Notes under the pieces: model-generated
Seen by the model: only the letters and a program-made list of their open reading frames with translations
Told to the model about the DNA's origin: nothing
Database searches by the model: none
Program-made: the position numbers and the translations under genes
Origin: Daphnia carinata
Taxonomy: Eukaryota
DNA length: 64,000 nucleotides
Reading direction: 5' to 3'
Assembly: GCF_022539665.2 (NCBI RefSeq)
Contig: NC_081333.1
Location: forward strand, 3,658,001-3,722,000
Shown: positions 1 to 13,100 of the stretch, one piece after another
Layout of the letters: every line of letters begins with the position of its first letter
Position numbering within the stretch: position 1 is the stretch's first letter

Positions 1-2262
1 TCCCTTGCTCTTTTATCGTTCCTTGATTAGTCACTGTTATGTTATCTGCATTTTGAATTGTGCTTAGACGATGTGCGATTGTGATGCACGTACGGCCCTC
101 TCTGGCGGCGTCCAAAGCCATTTGGACGACGTGTTCACTCTCGGAATCTAACGCCGAAGTTGCTTCATCGAGCAGCAGGATTTTCGGATTTCTTATCAAT
201 GCTCTTGCAATGGCTACACGTTGTTTTTGTCCTCCAGAAAGCTGAGTACCCTCGTTCACCGACCATTGTTTCGTAGCCGTTTGGCAGTGATTGGATAAAT
301 GTATGAATATTGGTTTTTCTTGCGGCTTCAATGATATCATCCATTGGAATAACACGGCTGTTGTCTCCATAAGCAATATTTTGACCGATGGTCAAGTTAA
401 ACAGAATAGGCTCTTGGGATACGATGCCCATTTGTGAACGCAACGAGGATATGTTGATTGGATTAATGTCTTTTCCATCTAATTGTACTTCCCCGCTGTC
501 TGGATCATAAAAGCGTTCCAGTAACTGAATGCAAGTCGATTTTCCACAACCACTGTGGCCCACAAGGGCGACCGTCTGGCCAGCTCGCACGGCCAAAGTC
601 AATCCCTGAAGAACTTCAGCATCCTTACGCGTGGGATATCGGAAACGTACTTGATCGAAATCGACATTTCCTTCAACGTTTTGTATGATGGAACCGCCAG
701 TAGAAGAGGCATCAATAAGTGGAATACGTTTTAGTAAAGCAAAGATCCTGTTGGCAGCTACTTTGGCTTTGTTATAATTAGGAGCGAATGCAACTGCCTG
801 CCCAATCATTTGGGTTCCAAACAGGAGGGATTCGCTGACTTTAAAAACGCTGGTGAAATCGAGACATTCATTGACGATAAGCCATCCACCGTAATACATT
901 GTTACGGAATATGCAAACATTGGGATAGCGCTGGCGAATCCGAAAATCGCACCGCGGACCCAAGACTTTTTCAGAGCTTGTCGATGAGGTTCTCTTAAAG
1001 ATTCCATGTAGATTGTGTGGAATTGTCTTTCTTTGCCAAGACTGGCGACTGTTCGGATGTTTCCAATAGCTTCCATAGCCACTTTGGCCGATTTTTGTAA
1101 GGCCTCGCGTTCTAGAGCTGATTGGCCCATGATAATTTTGGCTTGGAAGTAAGTGGAGACGAGGAGAAGAGGAACGAATGCTAAAGCCACCAATCCCAGT
1201 TTCCATTGGAAATAGAGAGCCAGAACAATGGATGCAATCATGGTGGTAAGCGCCTGGAACAATACACCAATTCTCGATCCAGTAGCGCCTTGAACACTGG
1301 CAGCGTCACCAGATAATCGGGCACAAAGTGCTCCGACGCTGTTGGTTTCCCGATCGAACCAGCCAACTTCTTGTTTTAAAATAGCCTGGAAGGTTTGTCC
1401 GCGTAGTCTTGATGTTAAAGATTCTCCGGCAACGCTGAACGAGAACGACTGGGCAAAAGCGGCGAATCCGGCAACGATGCCCAGAATCAAGAACATGAGC
1501 GAATAAAAATTGCCTCGTTCTCTTTTGTAGGCTTGTTCTTCAGCAGATCCACCTGGTGCTAAGACCCCAAGAACTTCGCTGAAGAGGATTGCATAGACTG
1601 GAGTGCTGAGACCAACGATTGCCGACCCGATAACACCTACAGTAATGTAAGGCCATTCTTTCTTGTTCATCCTCATAATTTCCATTAAACTAACGTCAAT
1701 GTCTTCTGATTGAGCGGACACTGCTGAACTAGCAACAGATAATCGAGCCCTTCGACGAATAGAACTGTCTTCCTAGCGGATGGCTTCCTGCTAAACTGGT
1801 TGCATCCATGGCTTCTTCCTTTTCATCCGGAATCCAAGATTTAGCTTTGGCGATGTTCACTTCTTCAACTTATGATTCTGAATTATCATCGAAAGAGCTG
1901 CTTTTACTGTCTTTCTCGCCACCTTGTTGAGATACAACTAGTCGGTAATAGATTCCATGTTTGGCTATCAGTTTATCGTGCGTCCCATCTTCCTATAATT
2001 GCAATTCAGAAATTTTGTTATTACTTTCTTTAGTAAGTAAAAATTAATAGACATTCTGTCCAACCTGGATAACGCCATCTTTGATAACGATAATGCGATC
2101 AGCGTTGCGAATGGTCGTGAGCCTGTGGGCAACGATGATGGTGGTACGTCCTAGCCTGGCCTTGTCTGAAGCTTTTTGCACGACTGATTCACTCTGCGTA
2201 TCCAATGCAGAAGTGGCTTCGTCCAGCAGAAGAATTATAGGTTGACGGACGAGTGCGCGGGC
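1..2262 (-). pseudogene. ABCB1: 5'-truncated, disrupted ABCB1/P-glycoprotein paralog (end of NBD1, linker, TMD2, NBD2; continues past the left window edge)
   Basis: Colinear with the intact copy (position 1 corresponds to 10257). Lesions: 1-bp insertion at ~248-251 ([10 protein letters not shown] becomes ERGYSAFW), 2-bp deletion at ~1766, in-frame TAA at 1870-1872, and homology lost at ~2262 within the NBD1 ARALVR motif. Contains a 72-nt GT-AG intron at 1993-2064. Confidence 0.9.
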
Positions 2263-2825
2263 AAAGCATACTGAGAACTAATATGGAACCATTGCTGCCA
2301 ATAGTTCAGTTTCGGACATACTTGCCTTTAGTTACTTCTCAACCTCTACCTTGCTGCCCCCAAAACATGTCTATCCATTTAATTATGATATGTATACTAT
2401 TATTGAAGTCAACCCTAATCTAGATATGCTTATTACGCAGCTGTTGCAATTAATCGAGCGGTTGGAGCGCTGCTGTCATAAAAAAAAATATCAGGTTAGT
2501 TTACTTGAACATAATAGTTCACATAACAGATTTCAAATGGAAGGTAAGTGAAAACGGTGCCAAAAATGTATCAACGATTTTTAAACAAATGTTATACTTA
2601 AAATTTAGGATTCCGGCTTGGTTCAGCTTCCATTGTTAGCTTTAATTATCTACAGAAGTAATGCCATGTTGTTAGATGGATCATCTGCCCAAACTGTAAC
2701 TCATTCAATTACAGAAATGAGATAAATAAGTTTTTGCCTGACAGACGCTTGATTGAGCAGGTTAGCCACATCTCTGGAGATCCTCCTTTCGATTTATTCA
2801 GCTCTTTTCGTGCCAAGTATGGTGT

Positions 2826-5800
2826 TTATACAAAATACGCAGCAAGTTGCGCCATCTTATCTTTAGGCTTCGCTCGACCACGGCCACGTCCACGACCTCG
2901 ACCTCTACCACGGCCTCCCCTTTTGCTTTTAGCATGAGACGCGTAACGCTTCTCGACTAGGTCAGATAGTTCGGGTGAACAAAAGATACAAGCGTCTTTA
3001 ATTTTTGTCAGTCCATTGGCTAACTTAGTTTTTTCCTAAAACAATCACATAAAATTTCATGAGATAAAGCAAACCAATGTTGGATCTAAAGATAAGATTT
3101 TACCGGCCGGTATTCGACAATCATTTGTCGGGCATCACACTCGGGGCATGTGGAATTGGCAACGCTAAGTTTGTTTGCATCTTCACAAATTTTAATTACA
3201 ACCTGACATCTATGAAACAGAAAATAACAATAGTAAAATAGCATCGATACTAAAAAGTGCGAACAAAACCTTACTGGTTACAAGCCAATTGCCACTTTGG
3301 TCCAGAGGTAGGATCAAGAACAAGAATGCCATTGGGACATTCGCCACATGAAGCAACTCCAGTAGCATTTAGACCGTAGGCACAAGACGGATGCGTGCAT
3401 TGATTACATCCGCTGCCTTTCTTCATTTCCCTGATAAACATGTAAGTATTACATTAATCATTTGTTATTTATACTAATACTACTAGGTATGCATTACGAA
3501 GACACACGTACCTAAAAGGAGGATAAACATAGCAATAGGGACAAAAGGGAAATCCTTTTCCATTCGGCCCACCCACCCAAAGCAATAATTCAAAGTCATC
3601 CAGTGGACATTTCAATTCATTGAATAATTTGAAATTTCCAGCAGTGGGCAAAGAATAAGTGGCATCACAGTTCGGACAGTGAAGACGCGCAGGTTTTGAA
3701 GCCACAAGTTTCATGAATCTAAACATAACAGAATTATAAAAGAGTTTCACACAGGTAAAAATTAGAAGACTCATAGCATTAAATAAAATGCTGTATCCTA
3801 CCTTCTACACGCTCCACCTAAAAAAAAAAAAAAAAAATTGAAAAATTTGTAATTGTCTAAGCCCACATAGTTAAAAATAAAGATTTGCCTCACATCGACT
3901 GAAATTTCGGCCACTTTGCGATAACGTCGAAAAAGTATCTTCGAAAAGATGATCCATACTTTCAATATGCTGAACGAAATATATGAATTTTAATCGGAAA
4001 ATTTCCAGGGCGTGGCGAAGAATTTCATCATAATTGCCTCTTCCTTTTGCAATCAAATTCAACTATTCCAAAGAAAAAATATATAGATTTATATTCAGGA
4101 GTTGGAAAGCTTTTCTCAAGCTTGCTGTTGGCAACCAAAATAAAATCAACACTTACTTGTTCTTCCACTGCTGAACGCATGGTCGGTAGTACCAGTTGCG
4201 GGTCAATCTGAAAAGCAATATTTCAACACGTTAGAATTATTCATGTCTAAAAAAAACAAAAAAACAAATGTAATACGTACGCGTCGATATCCATGGACTA
4301 ACGAGATTCCAAGTGCTGTAGGAATTAACTTTCTCCCGCTACCAACAGTAACATAGTTTCTCTGTGAAATGTTATTAATATGAACTGGAATCGATGCATC
4401 CTGTAAAGTGAATTTGTTGAAAATCAAAAACATTTTAAACCAAACTCAAAATCAAAATTAATACAGTTCCAATGCCATGTTTTTCCATCAGGGTAATCAG
4501 TTCAGACTCCGTTAAATAATCTGGTGGTGAAGTCAACCGTTCGATTAATTTTACCTTATGGAAAGAATCATGTTAAGAAAATTTTCTAGAGGAAAACGCC
4601 TTGGATAATACATACTTCGTTTACAGGAACCATTTGATTAAGTTTTAAGTCAGGCATGTGCTCATCTGGGCTTAGCGCTTGCCAATGCATAGTTCGGGTA
4701 AAACCAGCGTCCAGCAATTTTTTACCACTAACGGAAAATGATTCATGGCCCACATCAAAATCTATTCGAGTAACCAAGTATTTACAGTCCGGAGACACCT
4801 AAAAGTCAATAATGGGTGGTTTCAGTTACGGAATCTTTTAAGGCGTTAAGGAGTAAAATTACCGTTCCAATAAAATGGCGAACTATGTAATCGTAGAGAC
4901 GCCACGAATCGTGGTCGAACGCTTCTCTAGAGGCCAAAGTCTAGAAACCGTAAACCAAATCACAAAGTAAAATGGTTATAAATGAAATAGTATATGGTTT
5001 AAATTTACGGTTATAACCATACATATAAATTTATGTAGTTATTAATAATGGTTAAAGTAATACGTTAAATTGCATGATGATGGAAATCAAACGTTACCAT
5101 TGGTGTGATCGGTGGATGGTCTCCAACATCTTGGCCTTTACGTGGATGGATAGATCCTACGTATCAGGATGAATGTTTATCCCAAGAAAGATTAGTAGAC
5201 TATTAACCTAGCAAATGTGATAATGATTATTAATGATTAATGATTACCCTGAGAAAGAACATCTCGAACATCGGCACCAAAATCAGGGCTCTGTCGAAAT
5301 TGTTTCAAAACCCCAATGATGTCGAAGTTTTCCGGATAGTGCGTTGTTTCCGTTCGGGGATAAGAGATATAGCCCTAAAATGGAACTGTCTATGACTAAA
5401 CAAATAAATTATTATCCCTTAAATTTATGAAACACACTTGAGTGTACAGTCGTTCTGCTATGATCATCGCGCTATGAGGACTCATACCTACAAAAGTGCA
5501 TTAGGCAAATTTTGTTAAAGTGCATATAAAAAATGTATACCTAAACCGGAGCTAGCAACCCTCATTAATTCAACCGTGTTAAGAGCCTGCGGACGTTGCT
5601 TCACCTTTTCTTTCTGAGAGATGCCCGTAACTCTAGAAAAAAGATAACAGTCAAAGTTTCTTCAAGAAGGGAAAGCAGTGCGATTTGAGATGTACTTGGC
5701 TTGTTTGCAGTCTTTTATCTTGTGATGGAAGGTCGATGCAACTTCGCGATCAAATAGGCGAACTCGTTCCCATTCGAGAACAAGTTTACGGAATTCCGTT

Positions 5801-6940
5801 GCTTGAACAGACACCTGAATGAGCCAGAATGGCTCCGGCTGAAAAGTTTTGATGGTGTCATGCCGCTCAACACAGAATCCTATAAGCAAACTAAGTCATT
5901 ATGAGATAAAAGACGAAATAGAAAATTCGAGTTTCCTCTACCCAATGTGGGTGTTTGACATGGACCTGAAATTAGATATGAAATAAGATAGGCTACTAAA
6001 CTGTATTATGTGGAAATTTGTATACCATAAGAAATCAGTGTAGAATCCAAATTGCCATACTTTCCCTAATGAGACAGTGAATAATTATATTATATGAGTA
6101 TTATGGTAAAGAATTACTACGTACCTGAAAAAACCTTGTTTGGAACCGTGTAAAAGCACAGCCAATTCTCAAGTCTATTTCTTGCCTGGCATCCACACTC
6201 TTGGATTCATTTTCATTAGGAGAAACTAAATTATTCATAGCTGATTTGATATCCTTTTCAGTGATAGCAGAAAATTTTGCACGAAAAATGACTTGTTCAT
6301 TTCTGCGAGTTTTCATCATCACATGTTCAACTTCATGTATCACTTCAAAACAAATGTTTTCTCCTTCCTTATCACAGTCTAGCCAAAGAACCAAATAATT
6401 GGAACCTTTGGCTTCTTGAGATAGAAATGTTGGTATCTTCAGTTTAGGTGTTGCTTCCTTCTTCTCTGTTGGACATGTGAATAATTCAACCTAAAAAAAA
6501 AAAAATAACATCAATATCACAAGTAACCATGTAGTGATTTAATGCTACTTACGGGGTCTACACTGTCCCAATTGTTATAGCGGCCAGTGAAATCTAATGA
6601 CATAACCTGTAAAACACAAACTGATATAACAACGTGACTAAATTAGGGTACAAACATAAAAATTAGTTACATGTCCACAAACTGACGTCATTTTAAAGAA
6701 CACACTTTGGCCTTTGAATGATCCATTCCACTCATGGATGGAACATGCTCCATTGAAACCTTAATGAGCAGGAATTTAAGTTACAGACTAATACCATATG
6801 CAGCAGTTTTTGATGCCATGGTGATTCAAGCAAGAGATTATACCTTTCCTTGAATGACAGCTATTGTTGCTCAGGATTTTTGCCAAGCTTGCTGCAAGAC
6901 TTGGCTTTTCCGCCACCATAAATACAGTGTTTTTTGACAT
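2826..6940 (-). CDS. TOP3B: DNA/RNA topoisomerase III beta, multi-exon
   Basis: Starts [16 protein letters not shown]. Contains [16 protein letters not shown] (TOPRIM), SYPRTET and GDHPPITP, Cys-rich zinc-ribbon exons, and C-terminal RGRGRG...[14 protein letters not shown]. Confidence 0.95.
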
Positions 6941-7724
6941 TTCCGAAAATAACGCTGCTACTCCACGTCAAAGGCGGAGATAGACGTCGATTCGAATCGG
7001 AAGCCAGAGCAGACAACGGTCAGCAGCCGCCTCGTACGTTTGGGTTTGGACGTCAACGATGCGCGGAATAGCTTTATGCAAATCAGTATCCATCTCCAGC
7101 GTTGTCCAATAAACGATGTTACATCAAAATCAGAAATGTTGTGGGTGCCTGATGTATGGCATAAAACTGTCAGGAAGTCAAGAATAGCATTGGATGAAAA
7201 ACTGTAGGCCATCTAATAAGCCAAAATAGCGACTGACCCTTGCAAAAGCGGCAAGTAGCCACCAGCCAGCCTTGCACTTGCACCCAATAGATGAGCTTGA
7301 GCCGAAGCTGGTTGGACGAATTCCGTTGATGAACATCTTGCAAGTCCCTCGTCTTCGTATTTAGCATAAAGTGGCTTGTGTAAGTCTCCATGCAAAGCAT
7401 GGCAATGATTTAAAACAATCACAGAGTTATCAAGAATATGTGTAACCTCTAGTCAGCTTCGCGAACTCTAACTGACCTCTAATCACTAACCCCAAACGCG
7501 AGCAGGCGAGCTCGCAGGTGGTTTAACAATATATAGAATGGCAACACCGCCACGAAATATTTTTGATTGCATATTACGTTCGAATTGGTTCTCGATCTCG
7601 TTTTTCAGTGATCTTATCGTTTTATTTCTTCTCTCTGAAAACCGTTCTCGACAGAATAAACTCTAAACAATAAAATAAACTTCACTTTCGAGGTGCTATT
7701 CCCAGTACTTACTTCAATTTTTAA

Positions 7725-9692
7725 ATGGCTGCCACGTCTATGGAACGTTATCTTCAAGTGCTCTATTCTACTGTTGATGCAAAGAAAACGCCACTGCCTA
7801 CTTCGTGGAGCAGTACAGATAAAAACAACTATATTAAACTTTCTAACATGCACCGGAGAGCCCATTACAAAGGTATGTGTTATTTACATTTATACAGAGG
7901 GATAAACTAAATATTTGATCTTCCTATAGGGCATTCACGTTCAATAAAAGACACTTCATGTGTGAGAAGTGATCACCCTATACCTCTTGCTTGCGGTCTC
8001 TACTATTTTGAAGTCAAAGTTATTGACCAAGGATTAAAAGGGTATGAATATACCTATGAACATGTTCTACTCAACTATTATAATCTTCAATTAATTAATT
8101 ATTTGTTCGTATTCCAGGAGCATTGCCATTGGTGTTGGAACTAGAGAAATGAATTTAACCATACTTCCTGGAATGGACAAGAACTCTTTTGGCTACCTTG
8201 GCAACAGTGGTGGAAAATTCTGGGGATCAGAAGTGGGTACAGCCTATGGACCTTCTTTCACTACCAATGACACAATCGGTTGCGGCGTTAACCTAGTTGA
8301 TCGCCAGATCTTTTTTACAAAAAATGGGAAAAATCTTGGTGAAGCATTTTCCGGCTCTCTTTTTGACGTGTCTTCAGTTTTAGGGTTGTACCCTACACTT
8401 GGTCTCCAAACCACGGGAGAAGTTGTAGAGGCAAATTTCGGGCAGTCACGCTTCATGTATAACATCGAAAAAGACATAAATGAACTAAAGAAGAAAACTG
8501 CCTCCTCAATTACTGAATTTCCTATACCAAATGAGCACACTGAGATGCCAGCCGTGTTTCAAAGGTAAATCATTACTACGCTTGGATGCAACAGCAGCTT
8601 GATTCATGCCATACTATTTGTTCGTTCTTCTATGTAGCTGGGTGTTTTCATATCTAATGCACCAAGGATACTATTCTACAGCTGAAGCATTGGCGCGCAG
8701 TACTGGCCAAAAATTGGGTGAGGAAGAATCATCGATGAAAAGCAGACAAAGTAAACAAACTATTCTTTAAAAAACCTGGTTGTGAACCGAACCTTTAAAT
8801 ATTCTTCTCTACTTTCCATTGAAAGGAATCCAAGGTCTGGTTTCAAGTGGAAAAATGGGAGAAGCAATTGACGTGACCCAGGCATGTTTTCCTACGTTCC
8901 TGGACTCGCATCCCAATTTATTCTTTTTACTGAAAGTCCACCATTTCGTGGAACTGATTGACACTTTGAATACTAAATCTTTCTCAGCTGTATCATTGAA
9001 AGCCGCCAATGCCTGTTTGTTTGCATCGCAAGATGAAGCGGAAAAAGATGTGGAAATGAAGGAAACCTCTTCACGTGATTCCCACTCGGACATTTCGACG
9101 GATACAGCCAAAGATGATAACCTTGAAATGGGTAAAAAGTTTTCCTTAAAAATAAAAATGTACATTTATATCTTACACTTTGTGTTATCGTAGAAGTTGA
9201 TGGTCCGGGTCCCAGCAACGCGTTCGCTACCCAAGGTAGTATTTACAGGACACGACGCCGCCGAACTCGCGGCCGTTTGGATCGCAAAGCTGTTATGAAA
9301 ACAATTGCGTTAGGAAGAGAGTTGAAGAGTCAGAAGTCCACACTAGAGGATCAATATGGAGTGAATGACGCCAATAACGACTTACTTGCTGTAAGCCAAT
9401 ATTAATAGTTAGTGTTTCTTATAAATTATTTCGTCCTATGTGTTTCTAGAAAGCCTTTAATTTACTTGCGTACACTGACCGCCCGTTGGAAGGTCCTTTG
9501 AGTGAACTCTTCGACCCGAAACAGCGAGAAGTGTTGGCTGATACACTCAACTCCGCCATTTTGGAAGCGAATCAGTTGCCCAAAAAATCAATTTTGCATT
9601 TAGTTATGGCACATGCAAAAGAACTACAACAGACAATGGCCCAAAACGGTATCGGAGCGTCGGCATTCGCAAGCATCGATGAATCGTTTTAG
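7725..9692 (+). CDS. RanBP9/RanBP10 (RanBPM)-like SPRY-LisH-CTLH-CRA protein, divergent
   Basis: TPLPTSWS...HYKG, HPIPLACGLYYFEVK and GPSFTTNDTIGCGVN...LYPTLGLQTTGEVVEANFGQ (SPRY); LVFSYLMHQGYYSTAEALAR (LisH); AFNLLAYTD...LNSAILE (CRA). Confidence 0.88.
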
Positions 9693-10143
9693 AACATCTC
9701 AGACACCACTCTTGGATATTGTTTCTCTCTAGTAGCAACACGTGAACAACCTACAAAATTTTCAGCTCAGTAATAACAAAACGTACCTGCATTCGCACGT
9801 TTGGACTTTATGTCTCAGTTTCTTGTTTTCGTACGTAATTACCTTTTTTCCTGTTTGTCAGTGATATTTGTACCTGTTTAGGCAATTTGCCGTTAAATTT
9901 CCTTGTACGTTGCTACAGTGCGATTGTAAGAATTAAACTGTACGCGTCACCGTTAAGAACCATTAAATAGTTAACTGCATTGTGTCGTTACTTGTCGCGG
10001 TAGCACCTGGAACATCTTTAGCCAAATATTGTTCCAAAGACCAAAATGTAAATTTTTTATACATTAGCAATACGTCATATTGATAATCCAAAACTCAGGG
10101 GTATCACAAATCGCAAGAATAGCACGGTTGCAGTGCGAAAATT

Positions 10144-13100
10144 CTAAAGGGCTATTTGTTCCAAATTCGCTGACGAACTGACCGGCTTCAAGGCGATGCC
10201 CTGGACCGAACAAAGTTCAAAGTAAAGACCGCCGAGCTGAATGAGTTCGTCATGTGTCCCTTGCTCTTTTATCGTTCCTTGATTAATCACTATTATGTTA
10301 TCTGCATTTTGAATTGTGCTTAGACGATGTGCAATTGTGATGCATGTACGGCCCTCTCTGGCGGCGTCCAAAGCCATTTGGACGACGTGTTCACTCTCGG
10401 AATCTAACGCCGAAGTTGCTTCATCGAGCAGCAGGATTTTCGGATTTCTTATCAATGCTCTTGCGATGGCTACACGTTGTTTTTGTCCTCCAGAAAGCTG
10501 AGTTCCTCGTTCACCGACCATTGTTTCGTAGCCGTTTGGCAATGATTGGATAAATGTATGAATGTTGGCTTTTCTTGCGGCTTCAATGATCTCATCCATT
10601 GGAATAACACGGCTGTTGTCTCCATAAGCAATATTTTGACCGATGGTCAAGTTAAACAGAATAGGCTCTTGGGATACGATGCCCATTTGCGAACGCAACG
10701 AGGATATGTTGATTGGATTAATGTCTTTTCCATCTAATTGTACTTCCCCGCTGTCTGGATCATAAAAGCGTTCCAGTAATTGAATGCAAGTCGATTTTCC
10801 ACAACCACTGTGGCCCACAAGGGCGACCGTCTGGCCAGCTCGCACGGCCAAAGTCAATCCTTGAAGAACTTCTGCATCTTTACGCGTAGGATATCTGAAA
10901 CGTACTTGATCGAAATCGACATTTCCTTCAACATTTTGGATGATGGAACCGCCAGTAGAAGAGGCATCAATAAGTGGAATACGTTTTAGTAAAGCAAAGA
11001 TCCTGTTGGCAGCTACTTTGGCTTTGTTATAATTAGGAGCGAATGCAACCGCCTGCCCAATCATTTGGGTTCCAAACAGAAGAGATTCGCTGACTTTAAA
11101 AACGCTGGTGAAATCGAGACATTCATTAACGATAAGCCATCCACCGTAATACATTGTTACGGAATATGCAAACATTGGGATAGCGCTGGCGAATCCGAAA
11201 ATTGCACCGCGTACCCAAGACTTTTTCAGAGCTTGTCGATGAGGTTCTCTTAAAGATTCCATGTAGATGGTATGGAATTGTCTCTCCTTTCCAAGACTTG
11301 CTACAGTGCGGATATTAGCAATCGCTTCCATTGCCACTTTGGCTGATTTCTGTAATCCATCGCGTTCCAAAGCGGATTGACCCATGATAATTTTTGCTTG
11401 GAAGTAGGTTGAAATGAGTAGAAGTGGAACGAAACATAAAGCAACCAATCCGAGTTTCCATTGGAAATACAGAGCCAGAATAACGGAGGCGACCATGGTG
11501 GTCAGCGCCTGGAACAGTACACCAATTCGAGATCCAGTGGCGCCCTGGACGCTGGCAGCATCGCCAGATAATCGAGCGCAAAGTGCTCCGACACTGTTCG
11601 TTTTGCGATCGAACCAACCGACTTCCTGCTTAATAATGGCTTCAAAAGTTAATCCGCGCAGTCTTGATGTTAAAGATTCTCCGGCAACGCTGAACGAGAA
11701 CGACTGGGCAAAAGCGGCAAATCCAGTGACGATTCCGAGGATTAAAAACATGAGCGAATAGAAATTTCCTTGTTCTCTCTTCTCGGCTTGTTCTTCCGCC
11801 GATCCGCCGGGTGTCAAGACTCCAAGGACTTCGCTGAAAAGGATGGCATAAGTTGGCGTACTGAGACCTACAATGATCGACCCGATGACTCCTACGGTGA
11901 TGTAGGGCCATTCTTTCTTGTTCATCCTCATAATTTCCATTAAACTAACGTCAATGTCTTCTGATTGAGCGGATACTGCTGAACTAGCAACAGATAGTCG
12001 GACACTTCGACGAATAGAACTATTTCTTCCAAGCGGATGGCTTCCTGCCAAACTGATTACATCCGTGGCTTCTTCCTTTTCATCCGGAATCCAAGATTTA
12101 GCTTTGGCGAGGTTCACTTCTTCATCTTCTGATTCTGAATTACCATCGAAAGAGCTTCTTTTGCTGTCTTTCTCGCCACCCTGTTGAGATATAACGAGTT
12201 GGTAATAGATTCCATGTTTGGCCATCAATTTATCGTGCGTCCCATCTTCCTGGATAACGCCATCTTTGATAACGATAATGCGATCAGCATTGCGAATGGT
12301 AGTAAGTCTGTGGGCGACGATAATGGTTGTGCGACCTTGTCTCGCCCTGTCTAAAGCTTTCTGTACGACCGATTCACTCTGCGTGTCCAGGGCGGAAGTG
12401 GCTTCATCCAGTAAAAGGATTCTTGGGTGTCGGACAAGTGCGCGGGCAATAGCGATACGCTGTTTCTGTCCACCGCTCAATTGGGCTCCTCGTTCTCCAA
12501 CAAGAGTTTCGTACTTTTTCGGAAGTTTCTGGATAAAATCGTGGGCATTTGCCGCTTTGGCAGCGCGTTCCATCTCATCATCGGAGACTCCATCTCGGCC
12601 GTAGCGGATGTTTTCGCCGATTGTCGTACCGAAAAGAACGGGTTCTTGACCAACCATACCAATTTGTTCTCTCAACCAACCCAAATTGAGTTCCTTAACG
12701 TTGTTGCCGTCGATGGCCACCGATCCTTCAAGTGGGTCGTAGAATCTCTGCAGAAGTTGGATGCAAGTGGATTTACCACATCCGGAAGTGCCGACCAAAG
12801 CCACAGTTTGACCAGGTGAGACATCGAAGCTGATTCCTTGAAGAATCTTGACATCCGGACGGGAAGGATAATTGAAATGGACATCTCGGAAAGATATTTT
12901 GCCATCAATCCCTTCTGGAACTAATCCCTCTTTGGAGGAGCTATCGATGGGAGGAATTCGATCGATAATGCTAAAAATGGTGGCGGCAGCTCCACGAGCG
13001 ACTGAAAAGGCTTCCATGTAAGGCGCGGCTTGTCCAATTTGCATAGCGCCAATCAAGACGCTGAAGAAGACGATGAGGAGGTCGGAAGAAGTGTAAGAAT

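Noticed and set aside
2734..2937. Plus-strand RPRPRP ORF
   Set aside because: Antisense shadow of the known RG-rich tail of TOP3B.
7117..7528. Possible solo LTR (TGTTA...TAACA) between TOP3B and the RanBPM-like gene
   Set aside because: No target-site duplication (AACGA vs ATATA), and the short ORFs have no recognisable gag/pol motifs.
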